64,000 nt of DNA from Candidatus Woesearchaeota archaeon (GCA_046704725.1 JBJKRI010000008.1:67711-131710); one strand, 5' to 3'. Shown: positions 18,724 through 28,900, counted from the stretch's first letter. Program-made: numbers and translations. The notes: a model not told the origin generated them from the sequence alone.

Positions 18724-19191
18724 TCATCGAGCCGCGACGGCCCAGCCCGCGATGCCGAGGACGGAAGCGGCGGTCACGATGACGCCGGCGACGATGACGC
18801 CGGCCACGCACGCCCAGAAGAACGGCCAGAAACCCGTGTCCAACACCTGGCTCGCGAGAGCTCCCGAGTAGACGCCGCTGCCCGGCAAGGGGACGGCGAT
18901 GAAAGCGGCGAGGGCGTAGGCGCCCCAGCGCTCGGTGGCCTTGTGGACCTGGCGGCGCACATGCTCGACGTACCGGTTCGCCAATCGGGAGAACCACTTG
19001 AAACGCATGAACCATTCGTAGAGCAGCTCTAGCGCCCACCAGACGAGCACGCCGATGATGATGTTCGCCACGACACCGAGCAAGAACGCCTGCCACCAGG
19101 GGATGCCGCCGGCGATGCCGACGGGGATGCCCGCGCGCAGCTCCAGGCCGGGGGCGAAGGTGAGGAGCACGAGCAGCAAGTAACTATTCAT
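18724..19191 (-). CDS. putative small multidrug export family (COG2426-like) membrane protein
   Basis: PGLELRAGIPVG and FIAVPLPGSGVYSG motifs. Confidence 0.85.
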   Translation of the reverse strand: MNSYLLLVLLTFAPGLELRAGIPVGIAGGIPWWQAFLLGVVANIIIGVLVWWALELLYEWFMRFKWFSRLANRYVEHVRRQVHKATERWGAYALAAFIAVPLPGSGVYSGALASQVLDTGFWPFFWACVAGVIVAGVIVTAASVLGIAGWAVAAR

Positions 19192-20452
19192 CGGCTTCCT
19201 CGATGCGCTTGACATTCTCGACGGAGATGTGCAGCTGCTCTTTCAAGTGATGGCGCAATGCCGCCGGGACCTGCTCTGGACGGCGCAAGGCGCGCTCGGC
19301 CTTGGTGTGGAGCCGGCCGTCACGCTCGTAGGTCTCCTCGTGGGTCTTCTTGAACCGTTCCGCGTCGGCCTTCGCCGAGACGGGAGGGCCTTGGCGCTCG
19401 ACAAGACGCGGCAATGAATGCTCTTTTGTGACGTACCACGCGTAGGAATCCTCTTTGTGCGCGAAGTGCCAGCCGCGCTCCACGACAGTGAAGCCCGCGC
19501 GCTCAAGAGACGACTCGATGCGCTCGAAAGCTTTTCTCACGCGCGCCCCCGCGATGTCGGGTTTGTCGTCGTCAGGGCTGCGCAACGTCACGAGCACCGC
19601 CGCGCCGGACGCTTTCGCCAGTCGTTCGCGCACGCGCTTCTCGTCGAAGGACTCGATGATGAAAAAGGATTCGGACGGCGAGCGCATGAAGGATTTGCAA
19701 CGAGCGACGAAACGGTCGAACTGCTCCTGGCTCAACGCGGCGGCCGCGTTGCGCTCCGGCTGGACGGGATCAACGATGAGCAGCGGCGCGTGCTTCTGGG
19801 GATCGATGGCGGTCAATGGATCCTTGTGATGGCCTTCAAGGTCGATGACGACGGGCGCCTTCCAGGACGCCGCCGCCTTGGCGAGCTCGTAGAACGACTT
19901 GTAGCGCACGACGAGCAGGTCGATGACATGGCCGGAGAAGCCACGGATATAGGATTCTGCCCCGTAGACTCCCGCGGCCTTGCAGAACTGCTTGGCAAGA
20001 CGCACCTCATCCTGCAATCCTTCTCCATGAGCGCGGAAGTACGTGACGTGCAGCGGGCTCATGTCGGTGACGTTGCGCGCCCGCGTCGCGTCCTCGACGG
20101 CGAGGACGGGGATGACCTCGAAATCGAAATCCCTGTAGGAGAACTGGAAGTAATCGCGGCTGCCGTGGATGCGCTCGGGCTTGAAACGGGAGAGGACGTC
20201 CTCGAGGATGTCCGGCAATTCCTCGTCCTCCATATCATAATCAAGGGCGAAGCGCACGAACACGTCGATATCGTGGTCGTCGCGCAAGAAGGTGTCCTTC
20301 GCGACAGAACCGCCCGGGACCGCCCGAGCCATGACCTGGCGCTTCTCCAACTCGGCATTGATGATGGTGAGGGCCTCGTCGCGCACGTCGCGCACGGACG
20401 GGTCGGGACGCAAGGCCTCCTTGACCTCCTCGAGCATGCTGAACACGGACAT
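19184..20452 (-). CDS. cca: CCA tRNA nucleotidyltransferase, archaeal class I
   Basis: GGSVAKDTFL..DIDVF, DMSPLH, YGAE..GFSG, DPVQPERNAAAALS. Confidence 0.95.
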   Translation of the reverse strand: MSVFSMLEEVKEALRPDPSVRDVRDEALTIINAELEKRQVMARAVPGGSVAKDTFLRDDHDIDVFVRFALDYDMEDEELPDILEDVLSRFKPERIHGSRDYFQFSYRDFDFEVIPVLAVEDATRARNVTDMSPLHVTYFRAHGEGLQDEVRLAKQFCKAAGVYGAESYIRGFSGHVIDLLVVRYKSFYELAKAAASWKAPVVIDLEGHHKDPLTAIDPQKHAPLLIVDPVQPERNAAAALSQEQFDRFVARCKSFMRSPSESFFIIESFDEKRVRERLAKASGAAVLVTLRSPDDDKPDIAGARVRKAFERIESSLERAGFTVVERGWHFAHKEDSYAWYVTKEHSLPRLVERQGPPVSAKADAERFKKTHEETYERDGRLHTKAERALRRPEQVPAALRHHLKEQLHISVENVKRIEEADE

Positions 20453-20489
20453 GACTGCATTGAACCGCTCTCCCTTTAAGTGGGTTGCG

Positions 20490-21182
20490 CTAGGGCTTGG
20501 GGCGCTTCTGGAGCAGGTCTATCTGGAGCTGCTGGATCTCGAGGAGGTGCTGCCACTGCTGCTGGATGAGGTAATCCACCTTCTCGGAGAGGTTGCGTAT
20601 CTGCAGTTCGGCCTTGAGATTGACCTTGTAGTCGTTCTCCGAGCGCAATCGGTCCTTGTCCTCCTTGCGGTTCTGGCTCATCATGATGATGGGCGCCTGT
20701 ATGGCGGCAAGGGTGGACAAGACGAGGTTGAGGAGGATGAACGGGTAGGGATCGAAGGGATGCGCGGCGATGAGCCAGACGTTGAGCGCTATCCACGCGA
20801 ACATCGCGACGCCGAACGAGATGATGAACGTCCAGCTCCCGCCGAAGTCCGCGATGGCGTCCGAAGCGCGCTCGCCGAAGGTGAGCTTGCGGTCGAACAT
20901 GGCATCTACGTTGCGCGCGAGGATCTCGTAATCGACCATGCTCTTGATGACCTCGTGGTCGAGCTTGGTGAGTTCGCCCCTCTCGGCGGCGACGATGCTC
21001 TCTATGTAGTGCTGTCGATAGCGTTTGAGGTCCTGCCGGCAGATGATCGCATCCTGCGAGACATCGGGGTGGTCCTGGATGATGAGCTCCTGCACGCCGG
21101 GACGGACGGTGTGCATGCGCTCGCCGTCCTGCATGCGGCGCTCCTTGCCGCAGAGCGCGCACGTGAAGCTCTTGCCGTTCAT
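20490..21182 (-). CDS. DUF1003 membrane protein
   Basis: TFGERASDAIADFGGSWTF, FDPYPFILLNL, QAPIIMMSQNR. Confidence 0.92.
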   Translation of the reverse strand: MNGKSFTCALCGKERRMQDGERMHTVRPGVQELIIQDHPDVSQDAIICRQDLKRYRQHYIESIVAAERGELTKLDHEVIKSMVDYEILARNVDAMFDRKLTFGERASDAIADFGGSWTFIISFGVAMFAWIALNVWLIAAHPFDPYPFILLNLVLSTLAAIQAPIIMMSQNRKEDKDRLRSENDYKVNLKAELQIRNLSEKVDYLIQQQWQHLLEIQQLQIDLLQKRPKP

Positions 21183-21317
21183 CGATACAGACCCGGCGCG
21201 GCGATTATTTAAGGGTTTGCCGTGGACGGCATGATTCGCGTAGAGCAACGTCCCTATCGCCCGATGGGGGCGTGGCCGCCGCAAACATTCAAATACTCTG
21301 TGGCGCTCAAACGACAG

Positions 21318-22565
21318 ATGGCGCTCTCGGCACTCCCCATCATCACGGACCTGTCGGTGCTGTTGCTCTTGGGGATACTCGGCACGTTGCTCGCGAGGAA
21401 ACTGAAGATCAGCAACGTGCTCATCCTGCTCGTCGGGGGCTTTGTCATCAGCAAGATCGCGCTCGCCCTCGGGCACGCGGACCTGTTCAGCCTGCCGGAG
21501 ATATTCCTCGTGTCATTGGCCATCATCACGCTGGCCGTCGTCGTGTTCGAGGGTACGAGCAGGTTGTCGTACCGTCAGCTCGACACGTTCTCTGTCCCTG
21601 CATTGACGCTCACGCTGTGGCAGATGCTCTTCGTAGCGGTCGCCGTCGGCCTTGCGGCGTACCTGGTCTTCTTCAGCGGCGTCCCGCACGGCATCATCTT
21701 GTCGCTCATCCTCGCGGTCGCCGTGGCCGGAACGGACCCGAGCAGCGTGCTTATCATGGTGCGCGACGCGACGGGAAAGGTGGTGCAATTGCTCACGCTC
21801 GAGGCCATCATCAACACGCCCGTCATGGTATTGATCCCGTTCATCTTGCTCGACACGCTGACGGCGAGCTTCAATCCCGCGCAATTGCTGGACATCCTCC
21901 AGCAGATCATCGTGGGCATCGGGACGGGAGTGGTGCTGGGCATCATCGTGTCCAAGGCGTTGCGCCGCTTCTACGCGCAGAACATCAATCCGGTCGCGGT
22001 CATCGCCGCCACCTTATTGTCGTACATCCTCGCCGAGAACCTGCACGGCAGCGGCGTGCTCGCCGTAGCGACGTTCGGCGTCCTGTTCGGGAACTTCACC
22101 ATCAAGCGAAAGGAAGAGCTGCAGGACTTCAGCTTCGCGTTCAGCAACGTCCTCGAGCTGCTGATCTTCGTACTCATCGGCATCATCATCGGCAAGGACT
22201 ATCCCCTCACGTTCGGTTTCTTCCTGCAGACATTCGCTGTATTCGTCGCCCTTGTCGGCGCACGCGCGGTCGCGGTGTACCTGACCTTCAGGAAGCAGTA
22301 CGACGCCAAGGAGATGCTGTTCGCCGCCCTCACCGCGCCGAAGGGATTGGCCGTCGCAGTGCTGATCTTCACGTTCGCCTTGTACTCGCAGATCCCCGCG
22401 GACATGCTCTACGTCCTGTTCGCCATCACCGTCTATAGCATATTGCTCGCGACGGTGACGGGCGTGTGGTGGGCGAGGGAGCAGTCGAAGCGCATCGCCC
22501 AAAAAGAACAAGAAGCCATACGCAAACCCGTGAAACGCAATGAACCAAGAGCGGATACTGCTTGA
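21318..22565 (+). CDS. cation:proton antiporter, CPA1/NhaP-like
   Basis: Many TM helices; AGTDP, LEAIINTP, SGVLAV, PKGLA motifs. Confidence 0.88.
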   Translation: MALSALPIITDLSVLLLLGILGTLLARKLKISNVLILLVGGFVISKIALALGHADLFSLPEIFLVSLAIITLAVVVFEGTSRLSYRQLDTFSVPALTLTLWQMLFVAVAVGLAAYLVFFSGVPHGIILSLILAVAVAGTDPSSVLIMVRDATGKVVQLLTLEAIINTPVMVLIPFILLDTLTASFNPAQLLDILQQIIVGIGTGVVLGIIVSKALRRFYAQNINPVAVIAATLLSYILAENLHGSGVLAVATFGVLFGNFTIKRKEELQDFSFAFSNVLELLIFVLIGIIIGKDYPLTFGFFLQTFAVFVALVGARAVAVYLTFRKQYDAKEMLFAALTAPKGLAVAVLIFTFALYSQIPADMLYVLFAITVYSILLATVTGVWWAREQSKRIAQKEQEAIRKPVKRNEPRADTA

Positions 22566-22929
22566 TACGAACGTGCTGCTCGCCGTGGCGGACGGCTTCG
22601 ACCTGTTCGGAGAGCTCCGCACGCACTATCCCCACAAGACGCCGAGCATCATGGAGGGAACACTGGGGGAGCTCGAGAAGCTCTCGACCACGGGAACGGG
22701 CGCCCAGAAGGCCGCTGCGCGCCTCGCGCTGTCGCTGGTCCGGGAAGAACATTTAAATATGGTCCCCCACTCCGCCAATCACGTCGACACCGCCCTGCTC
22801 GAAGAAGCGCAGGCCTCCGGGGCCCCGATCGTCACGATCGACAAGGAGCTCTTGGGGCGCGCCCGGGAAGCGGGGGTCGAGGCGTTGACTGTCAGGCAGC
22901 GCAGGCGCATCTCGCCGGCTGGACCCTGA
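22540..22929 (+). CDS. PIN domain protein (Fcf1/Utp24-like)
   Basis: ILLDTN, EL, VDTALL, VTIDKEL; usual position upstream of rpo7. Confidence 0.88.
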   Translation: MNQERILLDTNVLLAVADGFDLFGELRTHYPHKTPSIMEGTLGELEKLSTTGTGAQKAAARLALSLVREEHLNMVPHSANHVDTALLEEAQASGAPIVTIDKELLGRAREAGVEALTVRQRRRISPAGP

Positions 22930-22941
22930 GAAGGAGGCAAC

Positions 22942-23481
22942 ATGTATTACACCATCAAAGTCAAGGATCACATCCGCGTCCCGCCGAACATGTTCGGCGA
23001 GGACCTGTCCGCAGCGATCACCAAGCAGATCCGCAGCAAATATGACGGCTTCATCAGCAAGACCGTCGGCATCGTCGTGGGCGTGGGAGGCGTCGAGGAC
23101 ATCGGCGAGGGCATCGTCATCCCCGGTGACGGCGCGTCGTACTACGAGACGACGTTCTCCTTGCTGTCGTTCCGCCCCGAGCTGCAGGAGGTCGTCGAAG
23201 GGGTCATCAAGGATATCGCCGACTTCGGCGCGTTCATCACGCTCGGACCCGTGGACGGGATGATCCACATCAGCCAAGCCATGAACGACTTCGTGAGCTT
23301 CACGAAGGACAAGACGCTCCAAGGGAAGGATTCCGGACGCGTCCTGAAGGTGGGCGACGCCTGCCGCGCACGCATAATCGCCGTCTCCTACAAGGATGTC
23401 ACCAATCCGAAGATCGGATTGACCATGCGACAGGAGGGGCTGGGGAAACTGGAATGGATATCGGAGGACCTCAAAGAATGA
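22942..23481 (+). CDS. rpo7: DNA-directed RNA polymerase subunit Rpo7 (E')
   Basis: DHIRVPP, GEGIVIPGDGA, S1 domain FGAFITLGPVDGMIHISQ, KIGLTMRQEGLGK. Confidence 0.97.
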   Translation: MYYTIKVKDHIRVPPNMFGEDLSAAITKQIRSKYDGFISKTVGIVVGVGGVEDIGEGIVIPGDGASYYETTFSLLSFRPELQEVVEGVIKDIADFGAFITLGPVDGMIHISQAMNDFVSFTKDKTLQGKDSGRVLKVGDACRARIIAVSYKDVTNPKIGLTMRQEGLGKLEWISEDLKE

Positions 23482-23852
23482 TCACACCGGACGAGTACAT
23501 GTCGAGCCCTGTCATCACCTCGAAGCCCGAGGACACCGTCGAAGCATTGAGCAAGCTGATGGACCTCAACAACATCGGCAGCATCGTCATCGTAGTGGAT
23601 GGCCGCATCGCCGGCATCGTGACAGAGCGCGACCTGGTCCGGAAGGTCCTCTCGAAGAACAAGGAACCGGCCGACGTGCTCGCGAAGGACGTCATGACCA
23701 AGACCGTGCACACCGTCGCCAAGGACGCGACGCTCATGGAGGTCGCCGCGCTCATGAAGAAGCACACCATGCGCCGACTGGTCGTGGTGGACGCCGAGCA
23801 ACCGGTCGGCATCATCACCAGCCGGGATATCATCAGTCTCCTCGTGGAATAA
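23478..23852 (+). CDS. stand-alone CBS-pair protein
   Basis: Two CBS repeats (GIVTERD, GIITSRD); ATGA overlap with rpo7. Confidence 0.9.
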   Translation: MITPDEYMSSPVITSKPEDTVEALSKLMDLNNIGSIVIVVDGRIAGIVTERDLVRKVLSKNKEPADVLAKDVMTKTVHTVAKDATLMEVAALMKKHTMRRLVVVDAEQPVGIITSRDIISLLVE

Positions 23853-23853
23853 C

Positions 23854-24042
23854 ATGGCAAAAACAAAAGTCTGTAAGAAATGCAAGATCTTCGTGGAGGG
23901 CGACCTCTGCCCGATCTGCAAGAAGGACTCCTTCACCACGAACTGGCAGGGACGCATCTACTTCCTGGATGTCAAGCGCTCGAAGATCGCCCAAGAGATG
24001 GGCATCGAGCACAAGGGAGAATACGCGATAAAGACGAGGTAA
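23854..24042 (+). CDS. spt4: transcription elongation factor Spt4 (RpoE'')
   Basis: CKKC..CPIC, WQG, SKIAQEMGI..GEYAIK. Confidence 0.95.
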   Translation: MAKTKVCKKCKIFVEGDLCPICKKDSFTTNWQGRIYFLDVKRSKIAQEMGIEHKGEYAIKTR

Positions 24043-24044
24043 GA

Positions 24045-24500
24045 ATGGAGATCACCGTACTCAACGAATTGACGCGACCGCTGCTGAAGCGGCGCGAAGT
24101 CACCGTCCGCGTGCATTTCGACTCGCACACGCCGAGCCGGCAGCAGCTCGCGGACGCGCTCAGCGACAAGCTCAAGTGCCCGCGCGAACTGCTCATCGTG
24201 CGACAGATAAAGACTGCCTTCGGCGACACCGCCGCGCGCGTCGTGTGCTACTGCTACTCGGACGCGGCCACGCTCAAGGAGATCGAGCGCGACAACATGC
24301 AGGAGAAGCACAAGAAGCAGGCGCCCCCTCCGGAGGAAAAGCCCGCTGAAGCTTCCGCCGAGAAGGCAGAACCGGAGTCGCCGAAAGAAGAGGCGGCCGA
24401 GGAGCCAAAGACCGAAGCCAAGCCTGAAGAGTCCACAGATGGAGAGCCTTCGAAGGACGCGGCGGCGGAGAAGCCGGAAACCCCGGCAGAGGAGAAGTGA
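24045..24500 (+). CDS. rps24e: 30S ribosomal protein S24e with acidic C-terminal extension
   Basis: [18 protein letters not shown] motifs; E/K/P/A-rich tail. Confidence 0.9.
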   Translation: MEITVLNELTRPLLKRREVTVRVHFDSHTPSRQQLADALSDKLKCPRELLIVRQIKTAFGDTAARVVCYCYSDAATLKEIERDNMQEKHKKQAPPPEEKPAEASAEKAEPESPKEEAAEEPKTEAKPEESTDGEPSKDAAAEKPETPAEEK

Positions 24501-24655
24501 TGGCATACAAGGATTCCTACAAGGTCGAGGGCGGGAAAGTGACTCGCAACAAGAGCTGCCCGAAGTGCGGCAACGGCGTGCTCCTCGCCGAGCACAAGGA
24601 CCGGCGCACGTGCGGCCGCTGCGGCTACGTCGAATACAAGAAAGAATCCGCTTAG
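24500..24655 (+). CDS. rps27ae: 30S ribosomal protein S27ae (51 aa, not in ORF track)
   Basis: Manual translation [51 protein letters not shown]. Confidence 0.95.
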   Translation: MAYKDSYKVEGGKVTRNKSCPKCGNGVLLAEHKDRRTCGRCGYVEYKKESA

Positions 24656-24660
24656 ACCCC

Positions 24661-24689
24661 GCGTTTTTCCGGAAACCGTTCCGGAGCGC
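24661..24689 (+). terminator. possible terminator: T-run plus hairpin after rps27ae
   Basis: TTTTT then TCCGGAA-accg-TTCCGGA just after the operon's last stop. Confidence 0.3.
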
Positions 24690-24718
24690 TTTAGTTGTGC
24701 AGAACGCACGAGTATCGC

Positions 24719-25426
24719 ATGGGCCTTTCCGATATCATCGATCGCTTGTCGCGCACGCTCGACCGACGCTTCATCCCAAACCAGAGGAAGCACGCCGACC
24801 TCTACGTGCAGGCGACACCGCTCGAACGGCAACGATACAGGCAGACACGGACGGACCGGGAACGGCTCGACGACATCGCGACGCGGCTCAAGTACAGAGC
24901 GACCACGCACAAGAGCGAGGACCTCGAACGGGCGATACGAGCCATCGACACGCAACGCGAGCGCTACCGCACCATCGGAGACACGACGATCCTCGACCTG
25001 CTCACGACGAAGGGGACGACGTACGCGAAGCGCTTCGAACGCATCGAGCGGCATCTCGAGACGCACGAGGCGACGTACGACGACCTCGCCCTCGCACGCG
25101 CATACCTCCAGAACAATAGCTACCTGCGGCGGATGCGTCATGACGACGGATTCGTGCAGCGGCAGGAGCGGCTGGAAGGGCTTCTGGACAAGAAGCTCGC
25201 GCGTGTCGCGCGCAGTGACCCGGGACGTCGCTGGTACAGTCCAGCCCTCCGGAAGGCGAGAGCGCTGTTCGCACACGATCCGCCCAAGCAGAAGATGGAA
25301 GCGGAACGGCCGTACCGGCTCGTCGGCAAGCGGACCGCGTACCTGGCCAAGGCCGCCGCCGTGGCGGGGATCGTCGCCGGAACCCTCGCTGCGATACCGA
25401 TACCGGTGTATCTCGCGCTGTTGTGA
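24719..25426 (+). CDS. hypothetical helical protein with C-terminal TM anchor
   Basis: Arg-rich helical ORF with host codon bias and hydrophobic C-terminus. Confidence 0.7.
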   Translation: MGLSDIIDRLSRTLDRRFIPNQRKHADLYVQATPLERQRYRQTRTDRERLDDIATRLKYRATTHKSEDLERAIRAIDTQRERYRTIGDTTILDLLTTKGTTYAKRFERIERHLETHEATYDDLALARAYLQNNSYLRRMRHDDGFVQRQERLEGLLDKKLARVARSDPGRRWYSPALRKARALFAHDPPKQKMEAERPYRLVGKRTAYLAKAAAVAGIVAGTLAAIPIPVYLALL

Positions 25427-25480
25427 GCACTCGCGAGGGGGAGTGCAATATCTATAAAGCGCAGTCCTCGGAAAGTGCGT

Positions 25481-26590
25481 ATGCGCGCACGCACCGCTCT
25501 GATGGTCCTGCTCGCGCTCGGGGCGCTCGCGCTCCAGGTGCAGCCGGCGACACAGACCGTGAACGGCGGCATCGGCACGTCGTTCAACCAGGTCTTCACG
25601 GTCGTCAACAACGAGCCGCGGCCGCTCACGATAACCATCGAGCCGGACCCGTACTCATTGTACCTGTCCGGGGCGGCGACGCTGAGCGAGCAGTCCTTCG
25701 TGCTCAAACCGCAAGAGAGCCAGAACGTCCAGGTCCGGGGAGTGGTCCCGACGCTCGGACCCGAGGTGCACAAGCTCATCTATCACGTGCGCAGCGACGC
25801 GGGCGACGACCAGACCTTCACCGTGCGCATCCCCATCGCGGGCACGCCCGTATTGCAGCCGAAGGTCACCGTCACCACGAACGACGTGGTCGCGTCCCAA
25901 GCGGTGGAGGCAAAAGCCACGCTCTTCAACTTCGGGAACGTCATCGCATACTACAACCTCACGCTCACGGTCAAGGACCAGAGCGGCGTATTGGGGACCG
26001 TGCGGTATCCGCGTGCGGTACAGGTCCTTCCTGGCGACCAGAAGGACATCACGCTCTTGTACACTGATGCGCTTGACCCGGGCAACTACGTGCTGCGCGT
26101 GGACGGCGAGGTGAACGGCGTACAGAACGTGTCGGACACCGCACCCTTCCGCGTGATCCTCGCCGACCAGAACAAGAGCGTCAGCGTCGGATCCGACCTG
26201 ATCCTGCACATCAAGCGCTACCAGAACACCACGACGGTCGCGTACACGATCTCGCAGGGCAGCGACGTGCTCATACAGGACACGATCGTCTCCGATTCGG
26301 ACACGCTCACCATCCCGACGCACTCGCTCTCGCCCGGGGACTATCAGGTCACCGTGCGCGTGATCCACGGCGGGGGGGCGGACACGACGCGGATCGGTCT
26401 TGCCGTGCACCAGAAATCGCCGTTCAACGCCTGGTACGTGCTCATCGTCGTGGCGATCGGGATTATCGGATCGCTCTTCACAAGCCCTGTGCGCCTGCGC
26501 GTCCGCATCCTCCTATTGTACTGGCGCATCGGCCGTAGGGAAAAGCAATTAAACCGCTTGCTCGCACGAGCGCATGCATTATCACGATGA
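25481..26590 (+). CDS. exported Ig-like multidomain protein with C-terminal TM
   Basis: Signal peptide; beta-rich repeats (FVLKPQESQNV, NFGNV, VLPGDQKDI, LDPGNY, LSPGDY); TM plus basic tail. Confidence 0.8.
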   Translation: MRARTALMVLLALGALALQVQPATQTVNGGIGTSFNQVFTVVNNEPRPLTITIEPDPYSLYLSGAATLSEQSFVLKPQESQNVQVRGVVPTLGPEVHKLIYHVRSDAGDDQTFTVRIPIAGTPVLQPKVTVTTNDVVASQAVEAKATLFNFGNVIAYYNLTLTVKDQSGVLGTVRYPRAVQVLPGDQKDITLLYTDALDPGNYVLRVDGEVNGVQNVSDTAPFRVILADQNKSVSVGSDLILHIKRYQNTTTVAYTISQGSDVLIQDTIVSDSDTLTIPTHSLSPGDYQVTVRVIHGGGADTTRIGLAVHQKSPFNAWYVLIVVAIGIIGSLFTSPVRLRVRILLLYWRIGRREKQLNRLLARAHALSR

Positions 26591-26703
26591 CCCCTGAACA
26601 ACATATCTCCGCCCTCGAGGAGCGCCTCGCCCGCATAGAGGAGCATATGCATGTCCTCGAGGAATATCTGCACCATTACGAGCAGCAGCGGGAGAAGCAA
26701 TAG
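26587..26703 (+). CDS. putative 38-aa coiled-coil microprotein
   Basis: ATGA overlap with upstream stop; MTPEQHISALEERLARIEEHMHVLEEYLHHYEQQREKQ shows a heptad pattern. Confidence 0.6.
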   Translation: MTPEQHISALEERLARIEEHMHVLEEYLHHYEQQREKQ

Positions 26704-26740
26704 TTTTATATAGTGGTTTTTTGAAGAAAGGGGTACAGAA

Positions 26741-28900
26741 ATGTATACTGACACAGTGACTGGCACGTTTCGTCGGCTGTTTCTCGTATTAGTGATATGT
26801 GTCGTGCTCGCAGGAGCCGCGACAGCATTGAACACACGGCTCAACATCACCATCAAGGAAACGGTCAACCAGAACGTCACGTACGCCAAGAACTTCAATC
26901 TCGTCGAGAACAGGACCTATGCGGTCATCGAGGGCGTCATCACCTTCACGAACCCCGGCAACGAGACGATTTACGACATCAATTCGCGGCTGAACAACGT
27001 CTCGAACCTCGCAACGAACTTCGTCAACACGGGCGGACGCCCTGGCTACGAGGTCGTCTTCCCGCACGTCAACGATTCCGTGCAGAACATCACCGGGAAC
27101 ATCACGACCAGCTGGAAGAGCCTGGGCATGGACCTCGACGAGGACGGCACCAACGACACCGTCCGACTGGTCAATAATACCATCCAGTTCAATCTCTCCA
27201 GCCAATACGACCTGTACACGATCAACCTCTCGAACTCGACGAACGCATCGATCAACATTAGCAACGTCCCTGTGGCGCTGAACATGAACTTCAACCTCAC
27301 GAGCATCACGCACACCGGGGAGTACAACGACAACGTCACCTTCGCGTACGTGACGATCAACGGCACGGAGACCACGGCGGGACAGCTCACGCTCGGCAGC
27401 CAGATCACCATGACGGTCAACAACACCGCCCGCAACTACTCCATCCTGCACATCCCCGAGCTCCGGCCCGGCCAGGACACGATTTTCAACTACAACGTGA
27501 GCTCATTGCTCGTCAACCCGCCGCTCGACATCAACAGCAGCTACACGAATCCCGAATTCCAGACGAAAGTGCTCGCCGGACAGCGCTTCTGGGTGCGATT
27601 GACGGCAGGGAACATCGAGAACGTCGGCACGCTCGAGAACGTGAACGTGACGCTCGCCGCGCAGAGCGTCAACGTCTCGAACGCGAGCTCATCCGAACTG
27701 TTCAACTTCACGCTGCACAACCTGTCGACGAACTCCAGCATCAGCGACGACTATCAATGGGTCGACAACACCACGAACAGGACCTGGTACTGGACGGTGA
27801 ACAACGGCTCGATCGCCATCGGGCACGAGTACAACATCAGCTTCCAGATACAGGCGCCGGACACGGTCTCGTCGAGCGGAACGTACCTCGCCCTGCTGCA
27901 GACGCTGCAGTACCGCATCAACACCACGGCCTCCACGCTCGGCGTGAGCAACGTGCGCGCGCACGCAGCCGTCATCTTCAACACCTCCAAGCGTATCGTC
28001 AGCCCCCAGGACAATCTCAGCAACCATAACGTGACCTGGGAGAGCATCCCCCGCGTGGGAACAAACGATAATATCACCTTCTCGCTGGAGAAGGTCAGCG
28101 TCTGGGTCACCAACACGCTCGACCCCAACCAGCCGACGAACATCAGCAAGAACTACACGCCCGGAACGACGATCAATGCTTCCACGTTGTGGACCGGAGC
28201 GGCCTGGCTGTTCAACTACACGGACGGCTCGAGCGACGCGAACCCGCCGCCGATCGTCTGGGTCAAGCCGTACTGGATCATCAAGAACACGGCCAACCAG
28301 ATCGTCTCGAGCAGCGTGACGGTCAACGGCACCGACCTGTACATGAACTACATCTATGTGGTCAACGGCTACTGGTTGGACGTCCAGAAGAAGGTGCTCG
28401 ACGCGGGCAACAACACATACAATATCCGCATTGTCGTGCGCAACCGTGGCAACGGCTACACGCCGCAGAACATGACGGTCACCGTCTACGACTTCATCCC
28501 GTCGGACTTCAGCGCGTCGAACTTCTCGCCGATGTACAACAACGCAAGCAACGTGACCGGGCAGTTCGCGGGCGTCGCGTACAGGTGGGACGTCGGACTG
28601 CGGACGAACCTGTCCACGAGCTTCGCGCCCAAGGGAGACCCGAGCGGACTCGACTACTACTACCTCAACTACACCGTCAACGGCAGCGGGAACTTCAAGG
28701 TCAGCGACCTGTACATCGTCGGTCTGGACCCGCGGGCGGTCAACGGAGCGAACACCTTCCGGGGGGTCAGCGTGATCAGCAACATCGCCAGCACCTCCAA
28801 GGAGGTCATCTACCTCGCGATCGTCTTGTTCCTCATCGGCATCAACGTCGCCAACTTCATGATGACGAGCCGCATCAACCGCAAGCTCGACCGGAAGTGA
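26741..28900 (+). CDS. large Asn/Thr-rich surface glycoprotein
   Basis: Signal peptide; roughly 50 N-x-S/T sequons by eye; DUF11-like module (VQKKV..VYDFIP); C-terminal TM. Confidence 0.85.
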   Translation: MYTDTVTGTFRRLFLVLVICVVLAGAATALNTRLNITIKETVNQNVTYAKNFNLVENRTYAVIEGVITFTNPGNETIYDINSRLNNVSNLATNFVNTGGRPGYEVVFPHVNDSVQNITGNITTSWKSLGMDLDEDGTNDTVRLVNNTIQFNLSSQYDLYTINLSNSTNASINISNVPVALNMNFNLTSITHTGEYNDNVTFAYVTINGTETTAGQLTLGSQITMTVNNTARNYSILHIPELRPGQDTIFNYNVSSLLVNPPLDINSSYTNPEFQTKVLAGQRFWVRLTAGNIENVGTLENVNVTLAAQSVNVSNASSSELFNFTLHNLSTNSSISDDYQWVDNTTNRTWYWTVNNGSIAIGHEYNISFQIQAPDTVSSSGTYLALLQTLQYRINTTASTLGVSNVRAHAAVIFNTSKRIVSPQDNLSNHNVTWESIPRVGTNDNITFSLEKVSVWVTNTLDPNQPTNISKNYTPGTTINASTLWTGAAWLFNYTDGSSDANPPPIVWVKPYWIIKNTANQIVSSSVTVNGTDLYMNYIYVVNGYWLDVQKKVLDAGNNTYNIRIVVRNRGNGYTPQNMTVTVYDFIPSDFSASNFSPMYNNASNVTGQFAGVAYRWDVGLRTNLSTSFAPKGDPSGLDYYYLNYTVNGSGNFKVSDLYIVGLDPRAVNGANTFRGVSVISNIASTSKEVIYLAIVLFLIGINVANFMMTSRINRKLDRK

